This document shows positions 50,896 to 64,000 of a stretch of 64,000 nt of DNA, piece by piece. Position numbers and translations under genes: made by a program. The DNA is taken from positions 50,902,001 to 50,966,000 of the forward strand of contig OX597814.1 in assembly GCA_951406725.2 (NCBI GenBank), written 5' to 3'. The stretch comes from Octopus vulgaris. Its lineage: Eukaryota. Under the pieces are notes generated by a model. That model searched no databases. It was given only the letters and a program-made list of their open reading frames with translations, and had not been told where the DNA came from. Each line of letters starts with the position of its first letter. The stretch's first letter is position 1.

Positions 50896-53800
50896 GGTGT
50901 GTTTTACTAAATCTCAATTAAGCCCTGGCCTTGTGAATGAAACTGAGTAGATTGAAATTATGAGGAAGCCCATTAGATGGGTTTTACTTAAAGTTCAATA
51001 GTACACCTTGAAACACATTATGTTACATTGACACTACCTGACAATTATGCTAAAGGTGCAAATGCCTATGAAATGTTCCACCACTTATACCATAAGCCAA
51101 TGGGCTGGTAACGTATTTGGTTGAACAACTGTAATAGTCATTGTTGAATCTAGTAGAGATTCATTTACATGTTTTTACATGTAAATGAATGTATGTGTGT
51201 GCATATTTTGAGTGTTACAGTAATAAAAGTCTTACAAATTATTCATCACACCAGTACTTCTTAATTCAAAATATAAAGGTTTAAATTGATTCAAAATGAA
51301 TCTTTGAATATGTTAAAATTCACTTCTATCTGATTGATTGTTGATTATTACAAACTGCTTAATTTGATGAAAATAGTTTCATTTATTCAAATAAGACGAT
51401 ACAGGTTAATTTATATGATATTTCTGTGTATTGCACTACAGAAACATTGCTTAAGCAATATTTCTTTCAATGTTTTTACTGCTTTTAATCACTCCTGGTT
51501 AATGCACATCTTCAGTATAACAAAACTGCTTCTCAAAGTCTAACCCTCCTCTTCAGAATCAGAAAATACTTCAGCACCCTGCTCCATCCCACAACTGAAC
51601 AGCTTTAAACTCTCAGCAGAGCTGCAATGAGGTATTTGGCTGTCATATTTGGGCAGTGTTATTACAGAAAGACCACTGGACATAGGCATGAAGGCACTTA
51701 TAAATATACTCCAACTTGTGCCTCCTTTCTATGTCGTTTATAACACTGCTTCAATAGTTTCTGCTCTTCGGAACCAACTGATTCCACCGCCTCCACTTAG
51801 GCACTCCCAACTCTCTTGTCGCAAGTCTCATTCCCAATATCGTATTTATCTGCCACCCTCACACACTGCTCTAACTGCCCAGTCATTCTTCTCCTGAACA
51901 TAGATGTTCTAGAATCCACTCCATGCACATAATTTTTCCTGCAGCAATTGACTTGCAGCTGTTCAAAAACAATGTTAACAGCATCATTCTCACCAGTTGG
52001 GGACTGCAAAAGCTATTGGCATACAGTGCCTTCCTCTAGATCAAAACAATAAAAAAAAATTGGATTTTTCCAAAATAATTAATCTTTATATATTTGTGAT
52101 CTCAATTCCATAAAGTATAAGTTAGTATGGTTGCAATAGAACTCTGTAATGTAAAATACTAGCTTGTTGGTCTGTGATAGGGCTAGCTTCCTCCTGTCTA
52201 CTCTCAGGAATATATAATGACAATGTTTACTTTCTAACTGAGAGATTCTGTGGAATGAAAAAAAAATTAATTACTGTAATTTCACTTGAAGAGAAAATGC
52301 TGAACATTTTGTTCATGATGTTGCTGCTGATGTATGTCATTATATTCCAGCATCATGGAATTTTATCTCACATCATGTAAATGATGTTCTGCAATACTCT
52401 CATTAGACACTTTTAATAGTCAAACTTTGCAACAGTTGCATTAATGACCATTCAAAATGATAGCAGCCGTGTAAATGCTGAAGTGAAGGTTTTGTTCTTT
52501 ACATAAAACCTTGTAGACAACATATGCATAATTTATAAGAATTAACTAATATGTCTATATTATAATGACAATAACTTGCATTAAAATAATAGCATAACTT
52601 GGAGAATAGATCTTTGACTACTTTGAACTTTGTCACTAGTAACTGCCCTTTGCTTTTTTCCCTCTGGTCCATCAAAAGTTTATTCCCTGTGTGGCATTGG
52701 CATTCTAGTCTAGTTGGATGTCTACACCTCTATATGAGCTTCTGTATTGTCACCTATATGTTTCACAATCCTCTTGTACAAAGCCAGTAAAACTTGTCTA
52801 TTCCATTTACAGACTAGTCCCAAGACACTTTCCCATAGACAGACAAATCCTGTTTTCTTATGTTCATCAGAGCTAATTGCTTTACTAGAACCAATGAAAT
52901 AAAGTGGTATTTTGAAAGCACACTTTTTCTTTACATCCCACGAGTCTAGGTGCTATTACTAGTTAGTTTGCCCAATATCTATTGTGACCAATAAGAGAGA
53001 GAATCTTTTCATTGACAAACTGGTTAATATCAGTCATATTTTGTTGGCGGCAAAATTTGCAATAAAAATAGTTTATTACCTTTAACATATCTCTTAAATA
53101 CCCTTTTAAAGACTAGCCACTCAACAGCATGAAATAAACAAATAATAAACCTTTCACAACACAATTATTGCAACCTACCCAAGAATTTTATTTAGCAGCT
53201 ATTTACCTTGTTAAGAGAGAAGCAAAGAGTAGTAAATTTTCAAATCTCATGCACCAAGTGGGTGTAGATTTAAAAACCATAAAATTACAAAGCAGTAATA
53301 ATGGAGTTCATTAGAAAAGCATTGCAGAAAAAAGTTATATTTACTTAATGAAAATTTACAGAAAATAACATAGAAGTTGTAATACATGTGGTTGCTTAGA
53401 AAAGAGCAGCAGTAGAATAAAATGTAGCTTTTATTAAGCTAACCATTGAGACAGCCATAGAAATTTTGTAGAAATATTAGTGGTGGGGCAATTCAGAAGA
53501 TAAAGAGAGACTAGAGCTGCTGGGGTGATTAGTGATAGTTATAAGCTATTCATTTAACAACAACAATCTCCGGATGAAAAATTAAAAGGGAATTGAAATG
53601 ACATATACTTTCTATTCTCCTGTGCTCTATTGAAAAGTGAAGTTAATTAATTTGATGTAGAGGCTTTTCCTAAATGTCTAATACCATATCTCTCTCCCTC
53701 TCTCTCTCCCCACACACTTCCTACCATGTATTGTAAAGTTGGTAAATTAAGGATCAAACAATTGATAGCATTGCACTGATGTTTTCAGTGATATTTATTA

Positions 53801-55901
53801 ATTTTTAATGGTACTTTTGCACTTATTTTGAAGTTATGTATACAGGGCCTATGTGGGGTTGGTTTTACTGTTTGGTGTCATTTGTTTTAAGCTGATTATC
53901 TGTTAATTGTTGCATTCACATGGGTGCATCTGGATGTTAAAACTGTCCATCAAATTGATTAAATACATTCTACAGTCCTGGTTTTAACATATCTTCTCTA
54001 ACACAATAACTCTCCATAATCAACCTGTTTATTGCAAACAAGTGGGTAACAGTTCAACATTTACTATCTTCTTTTACTATTTCTTCATATTCTTAACATT
54101 AAAATACATTATCTGTTTTCCTAATGTTTTGAAAATAAATTGAACTGCATTTAAGAAGCAAAAGTGCCTTTTTTCCCCTCATAATTTTCATTAAAAACTA
54201 ATGAGTCTTGTTATATATATGCACGTATAGATATGCATGCATATATATAAAACAAGACTTTTATATGTATATATACATATTCGTTTATTCATTATGCATG
54301 TATGTTTATTTTGATTTATTTTTTAATTACTCAACCCATCCAGCATTAAGATAGCAAACTATGTTAACTTTTTGGAGGTCCCAAGGGATATTGTTTGAGG
54401 CTAGAAACAAGCAATCATATCTTTAAAAGAAACATAGAAAGGGGGAACGAACTTTTTGTTTTCCCCTGTTTTTTGATTTTCTTTTAAAAATTATAGCTAT
54501 TTTGTGAAGAAAAAATGAAAATGACTGAAAAAAGTCTATTTTAAACAGATAATCACCATAGGCCAGGCCTTCTCACTTGTAATTTAGTTTTATCAAATTA
54601 GAGCTGTTTCTTTCTCTAGTGTATTACTGGTGTGGTTTGCAAGTGAGATGAGAAATAATGCAATGTAGAAGTTAATTAACATATTCTCTTCCCATTTGCA
54701 TTAAATACAACTATTTCTTACATATCAACACTGATATTGATGATTTTTTGGTATTTTTTATGTGGCAAAATTCACTAAGGATTTGTCAAAAGGTATTTTT
54801 CAAAGGTGCTGATAATTTATCCAATGTCATTTTGTATATTTTCAGTTCTTTTCATTGATAATTTTGGTTATGTTGTGTGTGTATGTGTGTGTTTGAATAA
54901 ATGTTATTTTCCACTAAACTGACAACAAAAAATATTTTGTAACTCTTTCAATTTGAAGAAATTTTTTCAAAATAGTTTTAAAATATATATATGTCGGTGT
55001 GTGTACTTAAATTTTACTTGAATAATGTTTTCTGTGTGTGTGTGAGCACATGTGCATGTTGAAAAAGTGGGGGACAAATGAACTAGCCAAGAAACAACAA
55101 ATATCTCTCTAACATTGGCACAAGGCCACAAATTTTGGGTGTGGAGTATAGTTGATTATATTGACCCTGGGAAGATGAAAAGCAAAAGGTTGATCTCAGT
55201 GGGATTTGAATTCAGAACATAAAGAGATGCAATGAAATATCACAAGTCACCAACTACCATAAATTGAGACAAAATAATAAAACTAACAAATAATGAAAGT
55301 GTGTCACTTGTGACACAAAGGCTGAGCTTTTGAGGAAATGGAGTGGGTAGGAATAAATGAGTTGTATTAAACTTCATGCCTTTCCTGGTACTATAAACAA
55401 CATATTAGAAGTAAAACATTTCTAGTTGGAGTGCAGAAGTGGCTTGCAGACCCCCCCCCCCCGTCTCTCTCCCTCTCTCTCTAACTATCTATCTATCTGT
55501 CTGTCTGCCTGTCTGTCTATCAAATTATCTGTTGTTCTTTAGCCGCAAATCTGACCCAGACCATTGGACCTATGATCAAAAATATTCCAGCACTTAACCA
55601 TCCCATCTTTTTCTTTTTATTCAGATATAGTGTATCTTGGATTACGTTATCCAATTTTTACACCAAGTGAAATTAATGTTAAGAGTTTGTGTATTTTTGA
55701 ATGATTAATCAATAAGTTTTCTATGCTGTAATTGATTTTGTCTCCACTCATGGTATCAGATCAAATCAGACAAGTGCATCTATAAAACGTGTCCTTTATT
55801 TAAGATGATAGGATGTAATGTTTGGCTTCCATTTCTTGCAATGAGGACCCCTAATTGAACTCACCAGATAAATATGATTGAAATTTTACACATTTTACAT
55901 A

Positions 55902-56131
55902 TTTCTTTACTACCCACAAGGGGTTAAACACAGAGGGGACAAACAAGGACAGACAAATGGATTAAGTCGATTATATTGACCCCAGTGCGTAACTGGTACT
56001 TATTTAATCGACCCCGAAAGGATGAAAGGCAAAGTCAACCTCGGCGGAATTTGAACTCAGAACATAACGGCAGACGAAATACCGCACAGCATTTCGCCCG
56101 GCGTGCTAACGTTTCTGCCAGCTCGCCGCCT
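55902..56131 (-). mobile_element. Family C SINE (tRNA head plus Meta-like core), young and full length
   Basis: It has the head ggcggcgagctggcagaaacgttagc, the B box gagttcaaattcc and the core gcctttcatcctttcggggtcgattaaataagtaccag. An 18-bp TSD ttttac(a/c)cattttacata lies at 55884-901 and 56132-149. Confidence 0.9.
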
Positions 56132-57326
56132 TTTTACCCATTTTACATAATTTACACCATTAAAAAGGTATCACAACTTAATTCTTCAGCTATTTACTTG
56201 TCCATTATGGTTCTATTGATAATCGTTTAAATGATCAGCTACTTCCTGCTACCACTTAAACTATAACTGAAACAGTTAAGTACATATAATGTTTTACTGA
56301 TAGTCTTGTTGTGAATTCATATCTACTGTGAGTGTTTTGTTATGTCTAAGAGAAGAACATTTACATTCATATGCATCACTTCATTTAGCTATTGGGAATT
56401 GGTAGCAGATCTTCTGGGATCTTTACCTTCTCATGTCTTATTCAAGAGGGGATATGTCTCATAAGTATTAGCTTTATGAGCCTCTGTGACAATCATACTC
56501 ACACACACACACATGGAAGCATTTAACATTTTTATTGTTTATGAACACATCAAACACAATTCATATAACTATGCAGTTTTCCAGAGATATTTCATTCATT
56601 CTAATGTGAGAAAATTAATATAAACTCAGTCAAAGTTTGAGATTTAAAAACAAAATTTATATTTTCTCTTTAATTTTATTTATTCTTTAAGCTCCTTATA
56701 CCTTTTTTGTTGTTGTTTATTAATATGAATTAAAGATTAAAATACATAATATTCAAATAAAATTGATTTATAACTTTGGCACACTAATGTAATTCTATAA
56801 TGGAAAGGAATGAGATTGTGTGACATTTATACCTTTCTCAAGAGTATTAGCAGTATAAGTTAAGTGAATTATCTTCAGCTGGGAATAGAAATCTATTTAC
56901 AGAGAACTTACATGTTGCTCTACAATATTTGTTACAAATATTCAGATAAAATGAAACCTGTCTTATTTTTTGAGAGGCAAAATGGCCATATGGTCAAAAT
57001 ATTGATATTCTTACTGGCTCTTCTGTTTCTGCTCAAAGCCTGCAACAGATCATTTTTGTGTGTGTGCCTGGACAAAATTCTATTCCATCTTGGCTTTCTG
57101 CATAAAGATGCAAACAAATTACTAGCTGCTAGGAGGAGTCATCAACAATGTGTGTGTTCATCCGTCCTTCTTTTGTATTTATTCTAAGTTCGAGCAAGTC
57201 ACTCACAAATTCAGTTTATTTGTTGATTAACTAGCTAAATTGCTAATTAGTTTCTTACCAAGGTTCTAAGGACTCAAAAATTATTCAGATAGGTGGTTTA
57301 TGTATATATGTATGTATGTATATGTA

Positions 57327-57560
57327 TCTACATATATAAAACTGAGTGTGTGTGTGTGCATCACTAAAACTTGAGAACTACCCAACTGATTTCATTCAAA
57401 TTTACACATGCCTTACTCAGGGTCCACGGAGTATCATGGGCCAAAAAAACTTTTGACTTCTTGCCTGATGCGAGCCCAGTGCAATCTCTTACACTGTTTC
57501 GTTATTATGTGTCAAAAGTGAAACAATAACATCTCTACTGTAATGTGATAAAATAGTTTC
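57327..57560 (+). mobile_element. Non-autonomous Helitron-like 5' fragment
   Basis: It starts A|TCTACATATATAAAACTGAG, followed by (TG)n and aactgatttcattcaaattt. No 3' hairpin or CTAG end is seen. Confidence 0.5.
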
Positions 57561-57597
57561 AATTATTACTTTTAAGATTATTGTCTTCCCTAAGCAA

Positions 57598-58060
57598 TAT
57601 CTTTTATCTTCTACCTGTTTCAGTCATTGGACTGCAACCATACTAGGGCACCACTTTGAAGAGTTTTAGTTGAACAGATCAGCACCAGTACTTCTTTAAA
57701 GTCTGGTACTTACCATGTTTGTCTCTTTTGCAGAACTGCTAAGTTAGAGAGACAAACCATCATTGTTTGTCAACCAATGATGAAGGGACAAACACGAAGA
57801 TACACACACACACACACACATATAATATATATATATTATAACAGGCTTCATTCAGTTTCTATCTACTAAATTCTCTCCCAAGGCATTGGGCAACCTGGGG
57901 CTATAGTAGAAGATACTTAACCAAGGTGCCATATAGTGGAACTGAAACTGGAACCATATGGTTGGGAAGCAAACTTCTTATCACACACTGCCACACCTGC
58001 ACTTCACGATGGGGTGGAACCCAGAGCAACATGGTTACAAAGCAAGCTTCTTACCACACT
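57598..58060 (-). mobile_element. Family A SINE, older, with an extra partial head
   Basis: The full body runs to about 58003, followed by a second head fragment gaacccagagcaacatggttacaaagcaagcttcttaccacac. Confidence 0.8.
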
Positions 58061-58568
58061 AACAAAGTTCAAAAATAAATGTAGCCTCATACATTGAATG
58101 ATATATCTTACAAAAAAATTAGTTCCCAGTTTACAGCAGGAATTTGCTTTCTCTCTTTCAGCTGCATATTTAATGTATAGACCACAATGCAATCATTTAT
58201 TTAATTCAATTACTCAAACATTTCATACTTTACTCAATGCTAGCACTCAGTACTTAATTTTCCAGAGTATTTCTCAAAGGCCTCCTACGAATTTACTATC
58301 TCCTGTAGCTTCTCTTCTATAATTTCATTCGGCTTCTAAGATGCATTATACAAATATACATCAACCCCAGTACTTATATAGTATTATATCTTATCGACCC
58401 CCAAAATGATGAAGAGTGTAGAGAATTGTAAATCTGACCAAAATTTACAATTCACAAAAATGTGTGATCACAGTTGAAATAGTTTCGTTTACATCTTCTA
58501 ATGATCTAGCTATGACAAATAGAAGTGACTATTGTAGATAATACATATGACTTGAGGTTTCAATTTAA

Positions 58569-58789
58569 CCCTTTAGCATTCAGATTATTCTGTCAAATGT
58601 AATGCTTATTTATTCACATTGTTTTGAATGAATCATGCATTATCTCATAGCTTTGAGATTTCAGTGATGTGATTGTATATTTTTAGAATGAAATTATAGG
58701 GTAGTTGTCAGAGGCCAGATGTGGCCAGTTTGAACTTAAAACCCAGTAGAATGTTTTGGCTGGATATGGCCAGTTTCAATGCTAAAGGA
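58569..58789. mobile_element. piggyBac-type MITE, second family
   Basis: Ends are TTAA|CCCTTTAGCATT ... AATGCTAAAGGA|CTAA. Confidence 0.8.
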
Positions 58790-60699
58790 CTAAACATCAA
58801 GGAAATGATATACATAGATAAGATTAATGTTACACATTAACTCAAAGTGAATACCATTGAAATGAAGGCAAACAATCTACAAGTTTGTAGATCTTTATAT
58901 ATTTCTGTGCAAGTACTCACATATATGTAGGAGGAAACATCCATGGTACTACAGAGTGTAGCTGGCTCTGGGATCACATTGTTGAGAAGCAATCTTCTTG
59001 ACACTTGCTACATGTATACAGGTGAGTGTGTGTGTTTTTTCAGAAGGAAGAAGAAAGTATATGTACTGGAAAAAAGGTTCAGCATTATTGGGTGAAACTG
59101 TTGGTTATAAAGAGACTTGATCTCTGAGCTTTCGGTAATAGCAATGCAGAGAGCTATACTGATTGAAGGTATTATCAATGAGCTGATTAGTGGTCTGTAT
59201 GGGAGTATCTGGTAAAAGTTATGTCTAAGCTGATGATTCCATAGTTGGTCTGCCACCCATTGCTATTCTATCCATTGTCATACCACAGCCATGTCAATTA
59301 TTAGAAACACTGTAACTCTTGGTTACATTACTTACTTCAACTGCTACACAACCTCATAACAACAATTTGGGGCTCTGACAACTGGCAATCGTTACTAACA
59401 ATGACAGTCAGTCAGTTCTCTTCTAATACAAGTTCAAAAGTGGTTGTTAATACAGCCTTGGTCTAAGTTGATGTTTACTATGAATAGTAGGTATGTGTGC
59501 TGATGAACTAGGTTCATTAACTGACTTCAAATGTGATGACATTGGTATGTTTATTAACACCAGTCTGACTAGTGTTAGACACTCACTCAATCACAAAGAC
59601 AAACTTCCAATTGGTGGATCTACAGAGGTAACATGAATATTAAAAAAAAAAAAATAGACATTCACTACAAAGGCAAAATTAACCTCTGCAGGAACCAAAA
59701 CTATAAAGGATCGAATTAAATACAACTTAACAGTCACCTCTTACTCGATTGAAAATAAACATGAGCTATTTTCTCTAAACTGTTTCATCTTTTTCTTTTA
59801 CACAACTATGATTTAAAATGGATTGCAACATACCAAATCTATATACTGCAGTTTTCCACTGGCCAGCCTGCTAGAAATAGTAACCATATCTCTCTTGAAT
59901 ACCATCTTATTCTCTTGCAAAAGGAGGGATACATGAAGCATTTTCACCCTAGATATATAAAAATATGGGGTGTCTATGGCTGGAACACCTTTGACCTCTA
60001 TCAGGATTGACCTGGAGCTAAACAAGAAAATCGTAAATATCCCATCAATATGTCAAAAAGTGTGTGTGTGTGTGTGTGTGTGCCATTAGTGAAAGTTACA
60101 CATCCCTACCAATACTGAAAAATTACTCCAGTTAGCTTTCACCAGCAGTAAATCCAAAGTAATAATCAATTTTTGGTCAACAGAATTGTGGTCCAAAATT
60201 AGTAGTGCTAAGAATATCTTCCAGGAACTTTTGCACTGCAGGAATGAAATGCAAGAAAAACCAATACTTATAGACATGCATGCTGAACCACCATTACTGA
60301 GAATAACAATAAGGCACTAGTAACTGGTGTATTCTGTCTTTCAAAATTGCAAATATGATGGTCCCAGTACCACTGTTAACTTTAAAAGGTGCATACTGTT
60401 TGTGTTTATGAAAATCATTGAAAATTATTCTGTAATTGAAGAGGCTTTATTAAGAGTGTGGAGGTTCCAGTCTTAAAAGTTTGGGTATTCCAAATTAGTA
60501 ACTGCTATATATATAACATTACACAGTTGGAAAATGAGGAGCTCATCACACAATTCGTTTAACCTCTTCCTGAATTGTTTGATTTCCTCAGTTAGTGCAC
60601 TGCTTGCCATACCATGGATAATTTTGTTACCTATTCCATAGCAATTTCTAAATCACAATAATCACAAGTGTGTGTGTGTGCTTATATATATATATGTGT

Positions 60700-60970
60700 G
60701 CACACACACACATCTTTGTGCCTGTGTTTGTCCCCTGCTACCACCAGACAACCAGTGCTGGTGTGTTTACATCTCCATAACTTAGCAGTTCAGCAAAAGA
60801 AACTGATAGAATAAGTACCTGGCTTTAGAAGAAAGTATTGGGGTTGATGCATCATCATCATCGTTTAATGTCCACCTTCCATACTAGCATGGGTGATTCA
60901 CCTAAAATTTCAAGGCAGTGCTCCAGCATGGCTGCAGTCAAATGACTGAAACAAGTAAAAGATAAAAGAT
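60700..60970 (+). mobile_element. Family A SINE 3' half with a nested ~45-bp family B tail (minus, about 60850-60894)
   Basis: The family A body is interrupted after ggggttgat by (CAT)n-cgtttaatgtccaccttccatactagcatggg and resumes at aaggcagtgctccagcatggc. Confidence 0.75.
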
Positions 60971-61372
60971 AATGAATTGTCAACTTATATTTCTTGAAAT
61001 TTGCTCCCTTACATTTTTTGAAGGGGATAGGAAGTCTTTGTCTATTCATTTGTTTGTTTAACATCCATTCTTCTATGCTTGTATGACCTGGATAGAAAAC
61101 TGATTTTGAGGCAGGATTTTATGGCTAGCTGCTTTTTCTGTCACCAACCCTCACCTGATTTTTCAGGTAACAGGTTTTTATATTCCACAAGTCTTCAAAA
61201 ACACAAAACTGATGGTCATAATCACTAGCATAGGTAGAGTGTGTGCCGTCTGAGACAACACTTCCATTTGCCACCCCGGGTCCCCATGAAACATATATTA
61301 CCTTCAGTAGACCCATAAATACTGCCCCATTAAAAGTACCACCCCCATAATGTTAACAAGAAATATTAATAT

Positions 61373-61556
61373 CGTGCCGGTGGCATGTAAAAAGCACCCA
61401 CTAATCTCACGGAGTGGTTGGCATTAGGAAGGGCATCCAGCCGTAGAAACATTGCCAGATCAGACTGGGCCTGGTGCAGCCTTCTGACTTCCCAGACCCC
61501 AGTTGAACCGTCCAACCCATGCTAGCATGGAAAGCGGATGCTAAACGATGATGATG
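61373..61556 (+). mobile_element. Family B retroposon
   Basis: It has the family B core and a (GAT)n tail. Confidence 0.85.
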
Positions 61557-61619
61557 AGCAATGCTATTCTTACATGGTGACAAATGAAATATCAAGACAC
61601 ACATTCATTTGCACATTTA

Positions 61620-61793
61620 CATACAATATGATGAGCTTCATACAGTTTCTGTCTACCAAATTTACTCACAAAGCATTGAGCTGCCCTGGGCAATAGTAGA
61701 AGACATTTGCCCAAGGTACCACACAGTGGAAATGAACTCAAAACTAGATGATTGTAAACTGAACTTCTTAATCACACAGCCCTATCTGTACCT
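61620..61793 (-). mobile_element. Family A SINE 5' half, decayed
   Basis: It contains cagtttctgtctaccaaatttactcacaa...agtagaagacatttgcccaagg. Confidence 0.7.
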
Positions 61794-62582
61794 ATTATGT
61801 TTTTTATAATGATTTTCTTCGTAATCAAAGATGCTTACTATGGTTACTTCATCTTTATCATCTGAAAGTCATTATCTTCATTGTCATTGTATGTCTGTCA
61901 TCATCATCTATCCATTCCCATAGTGTCATCTGCTGCAGGAGTTCCAACCTCTTATTTCCACCTCATCAACCATTCTTCATTCTAGCAATGTAGCAATGAT
62001 GTTTGCTGCTGCTCCCTTCAGTGATGTCCAGAGGCCCTCTGGTTATATTTATCTTCGTTAATGTCTGTATAGCATGTGTCACAGCAGGATTCTTATCCAT
62101 CTGCAGACATAGGTTGCAAGAATAAAGCTAGGAGAAGATTTTACCATTAATTACCACCCACTGAGGGTCAGTGTGACCAGAATAGCAATAGTATTTGAGT
62201 TATCATAATTATCTTCACTATCAGCTTTCTTTTTTTTTCTTTTCTTTTTCTCTTTCTTTTTAAGCTAGTATGACTAGAATAATTCCCAAATATAAGAGTT
62301 TTACTAATAAAGGTCATGATGCAATTTCGTATTTTCTACCAAGCTATGTATAAAATCTATGTTAACTACTTTTTGAAATTAAATGAAAGCATATTATTAA
62401 ATAATATTTAATCATAATTATTAATCCAACAAAATGTATATTCTCTTTTGCCTGTGGCTCATAAAATATTAACTAACTCGTAAAACTTGATAAAATTGTA
62501 TCTGCCCTTTTTTAAATTCACAACTACCAATATGGGTCACTTTTGGGCCAATTTTTCACCCTTTTATTTACTTATTCACTTG

Positions 62583-62621
<39 letters not shown>

Positions 62622-64000
62622 CTGTGTGTGGTTTGCTTAACTTCACTATCTTGAACATCTTTTTCACATCATTCACCATAAGTTACATTTTTAGTTTCCT
62701 TCCAACATTGCGCTGTATTTCTCTGAGATGATGTTTCATCAACTTTATCAATAATAGATAGCCTCATATAGCAATATTTAAATTTTTTTCTCATAAAATT
62801 CAATCAACATTTTTACACTTTATTAACTTTACAATCTATATTGCAAAGAATATTAAAGTGATATAATATTATGATATAAAAATATTATGATATAGAAAGG
62901 TAGTGGGGAATTTGTGGAGAAAAAATATATTTTAAGCCTCCCAAACTATGTTATTTAATGAATATGAAATAAGAGAATTTTATTTCCTCTCAAAACCTAA
63001 ATAAAAACAATTCAAAATAGAACATGAAACAAACTTTAATAGATTTCATTTCTGATAGTCATTTAAATTTAGGTGCAACAGCTCTAAAAAGAAATTACAC
63101 TTACTTCTTCAAGAATAACATAAATTTATACTAATACTCCCATTGTGTGGGTGTGTGTGTGCATGTGCGATTTCTTCTTTTACTTTTAAATTTTGGCTTT
63201 TTTTTTGTTTTTTTTTTGCTTTTATTGCTTGATTAAGTTGAAATCTCAAATACCTAATAGCAATCACTTAACATTAACTCATTTATATACGTGTGTGTGC
63301 ATGCTTTACTTAAGATACCAGATGTGTTTATTAAGTAGATAGATATACTGGAATGAAATGCAAAGTAGATTTTTGTTCAAATCTTGTATTAGTGTTTAGG
63401 AGCCATATTAAATATTTCATTGATTTTTCATAATTTATAGTTTAGAGATATCAGGGGAAAAGCCCTCCAGTAGCGACATATGAATGCATTCCGAATTTTC
63501 TTCTATTCTCCATCCTATAATTGTTTGTGTTCACTCCATCTATCTCTCTCTCTATCTATTTATCTATCTATCTATCTATCTATTTATCTGTCTGTTTGTC
63601 TATCTATCTGCTTATCTGTCTATCTTCCTCTCTCATCTAAATATTATGTGAATTGACATTTTCTGCTCATCATCATTTGGTTTTCACTTTCTTCTCAACT
63701 TCCTTTCTGTCTTCAACAAAAAGAATGTTTCCCTACAGAGATTTAGTCTTGCTATACAACAAATACATTTGATTTTCAGGCAGCATGCAGCCTACCCCTT
63801 TTTTTTTCTTTGCTTCATTTTCTTTTTCATTTTCTTCATCATCGTTGTCATCATCATCTTTTTCTTCTCCTTCTTCTATGACTCAAGCTCCATTGCTACC
63901 AAGTTGTCTGGCCTTCAGATGAGCTTTATAAGAAAGAAATAGATTGACAATTTCTTGTGAAAATCTTCAAATCCCTCCCTTGTATTGTCACTGCAGGAGC

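Noticed and set aside
59000-60420. Possible decayed transposon ORFs (PYRPLISS; ALLILDHN)
   Set aside because: The motifs are too short and are not backed by neighbouring conserved residues.
63975-64000. Possible splice acceptor (ctgcag|gagc) at the window end
   Set aside because: Only 4 nt follow, so it cannot be evaluated.

Overview
This is AT-rich, repeat-dense eukaryotic (animal) genomic DNA. The SINE/LINE/MITE repertoire and long (TA)n/(TG)n arrays point to an octopod cephalopod, which is an inference from repeat types. Almost all ORFs in the supplied track are microsatellite or repeat artefacts. I can support only one host coding exon, 31501-31683 (+, 183 nt, phase 1-1). It encodes an acidic linker and a C2HC zinc finger most like the N-terminal finger of ZNF423/ZNF521 (Oaz), with Spalt and FOG/U-shaped as alternatives. 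It appears to be flanked by introns of more than 31 kb. The rest is decayed mobile DNA: maT-like and mariner Tc1/mariner fragments, RTE and R4/Dong-type LINE pieces, four SINE-like families (A, C, D, E), an RTE-derived 3' tail family (B), piggyBac-, pogo/Tc2- and hAT-type MITEs, a Helitron 5' end and a ~358-bp GC-rich tandem repeat. The most interesting signals are two inverted pairs of degenerate minimal hammerhead-ribozyme motifs (Penelope-like), a 26-nt 28S rRNA match inside a piggyBac MITE, microsatellite-associated insertions, nested insertions and nearby inverted repeats that could form ADAR substrates. I found no convincing new multi-gene system. Repeat boundaries were read by eye and are approximate unless a TSD or TIR is given.
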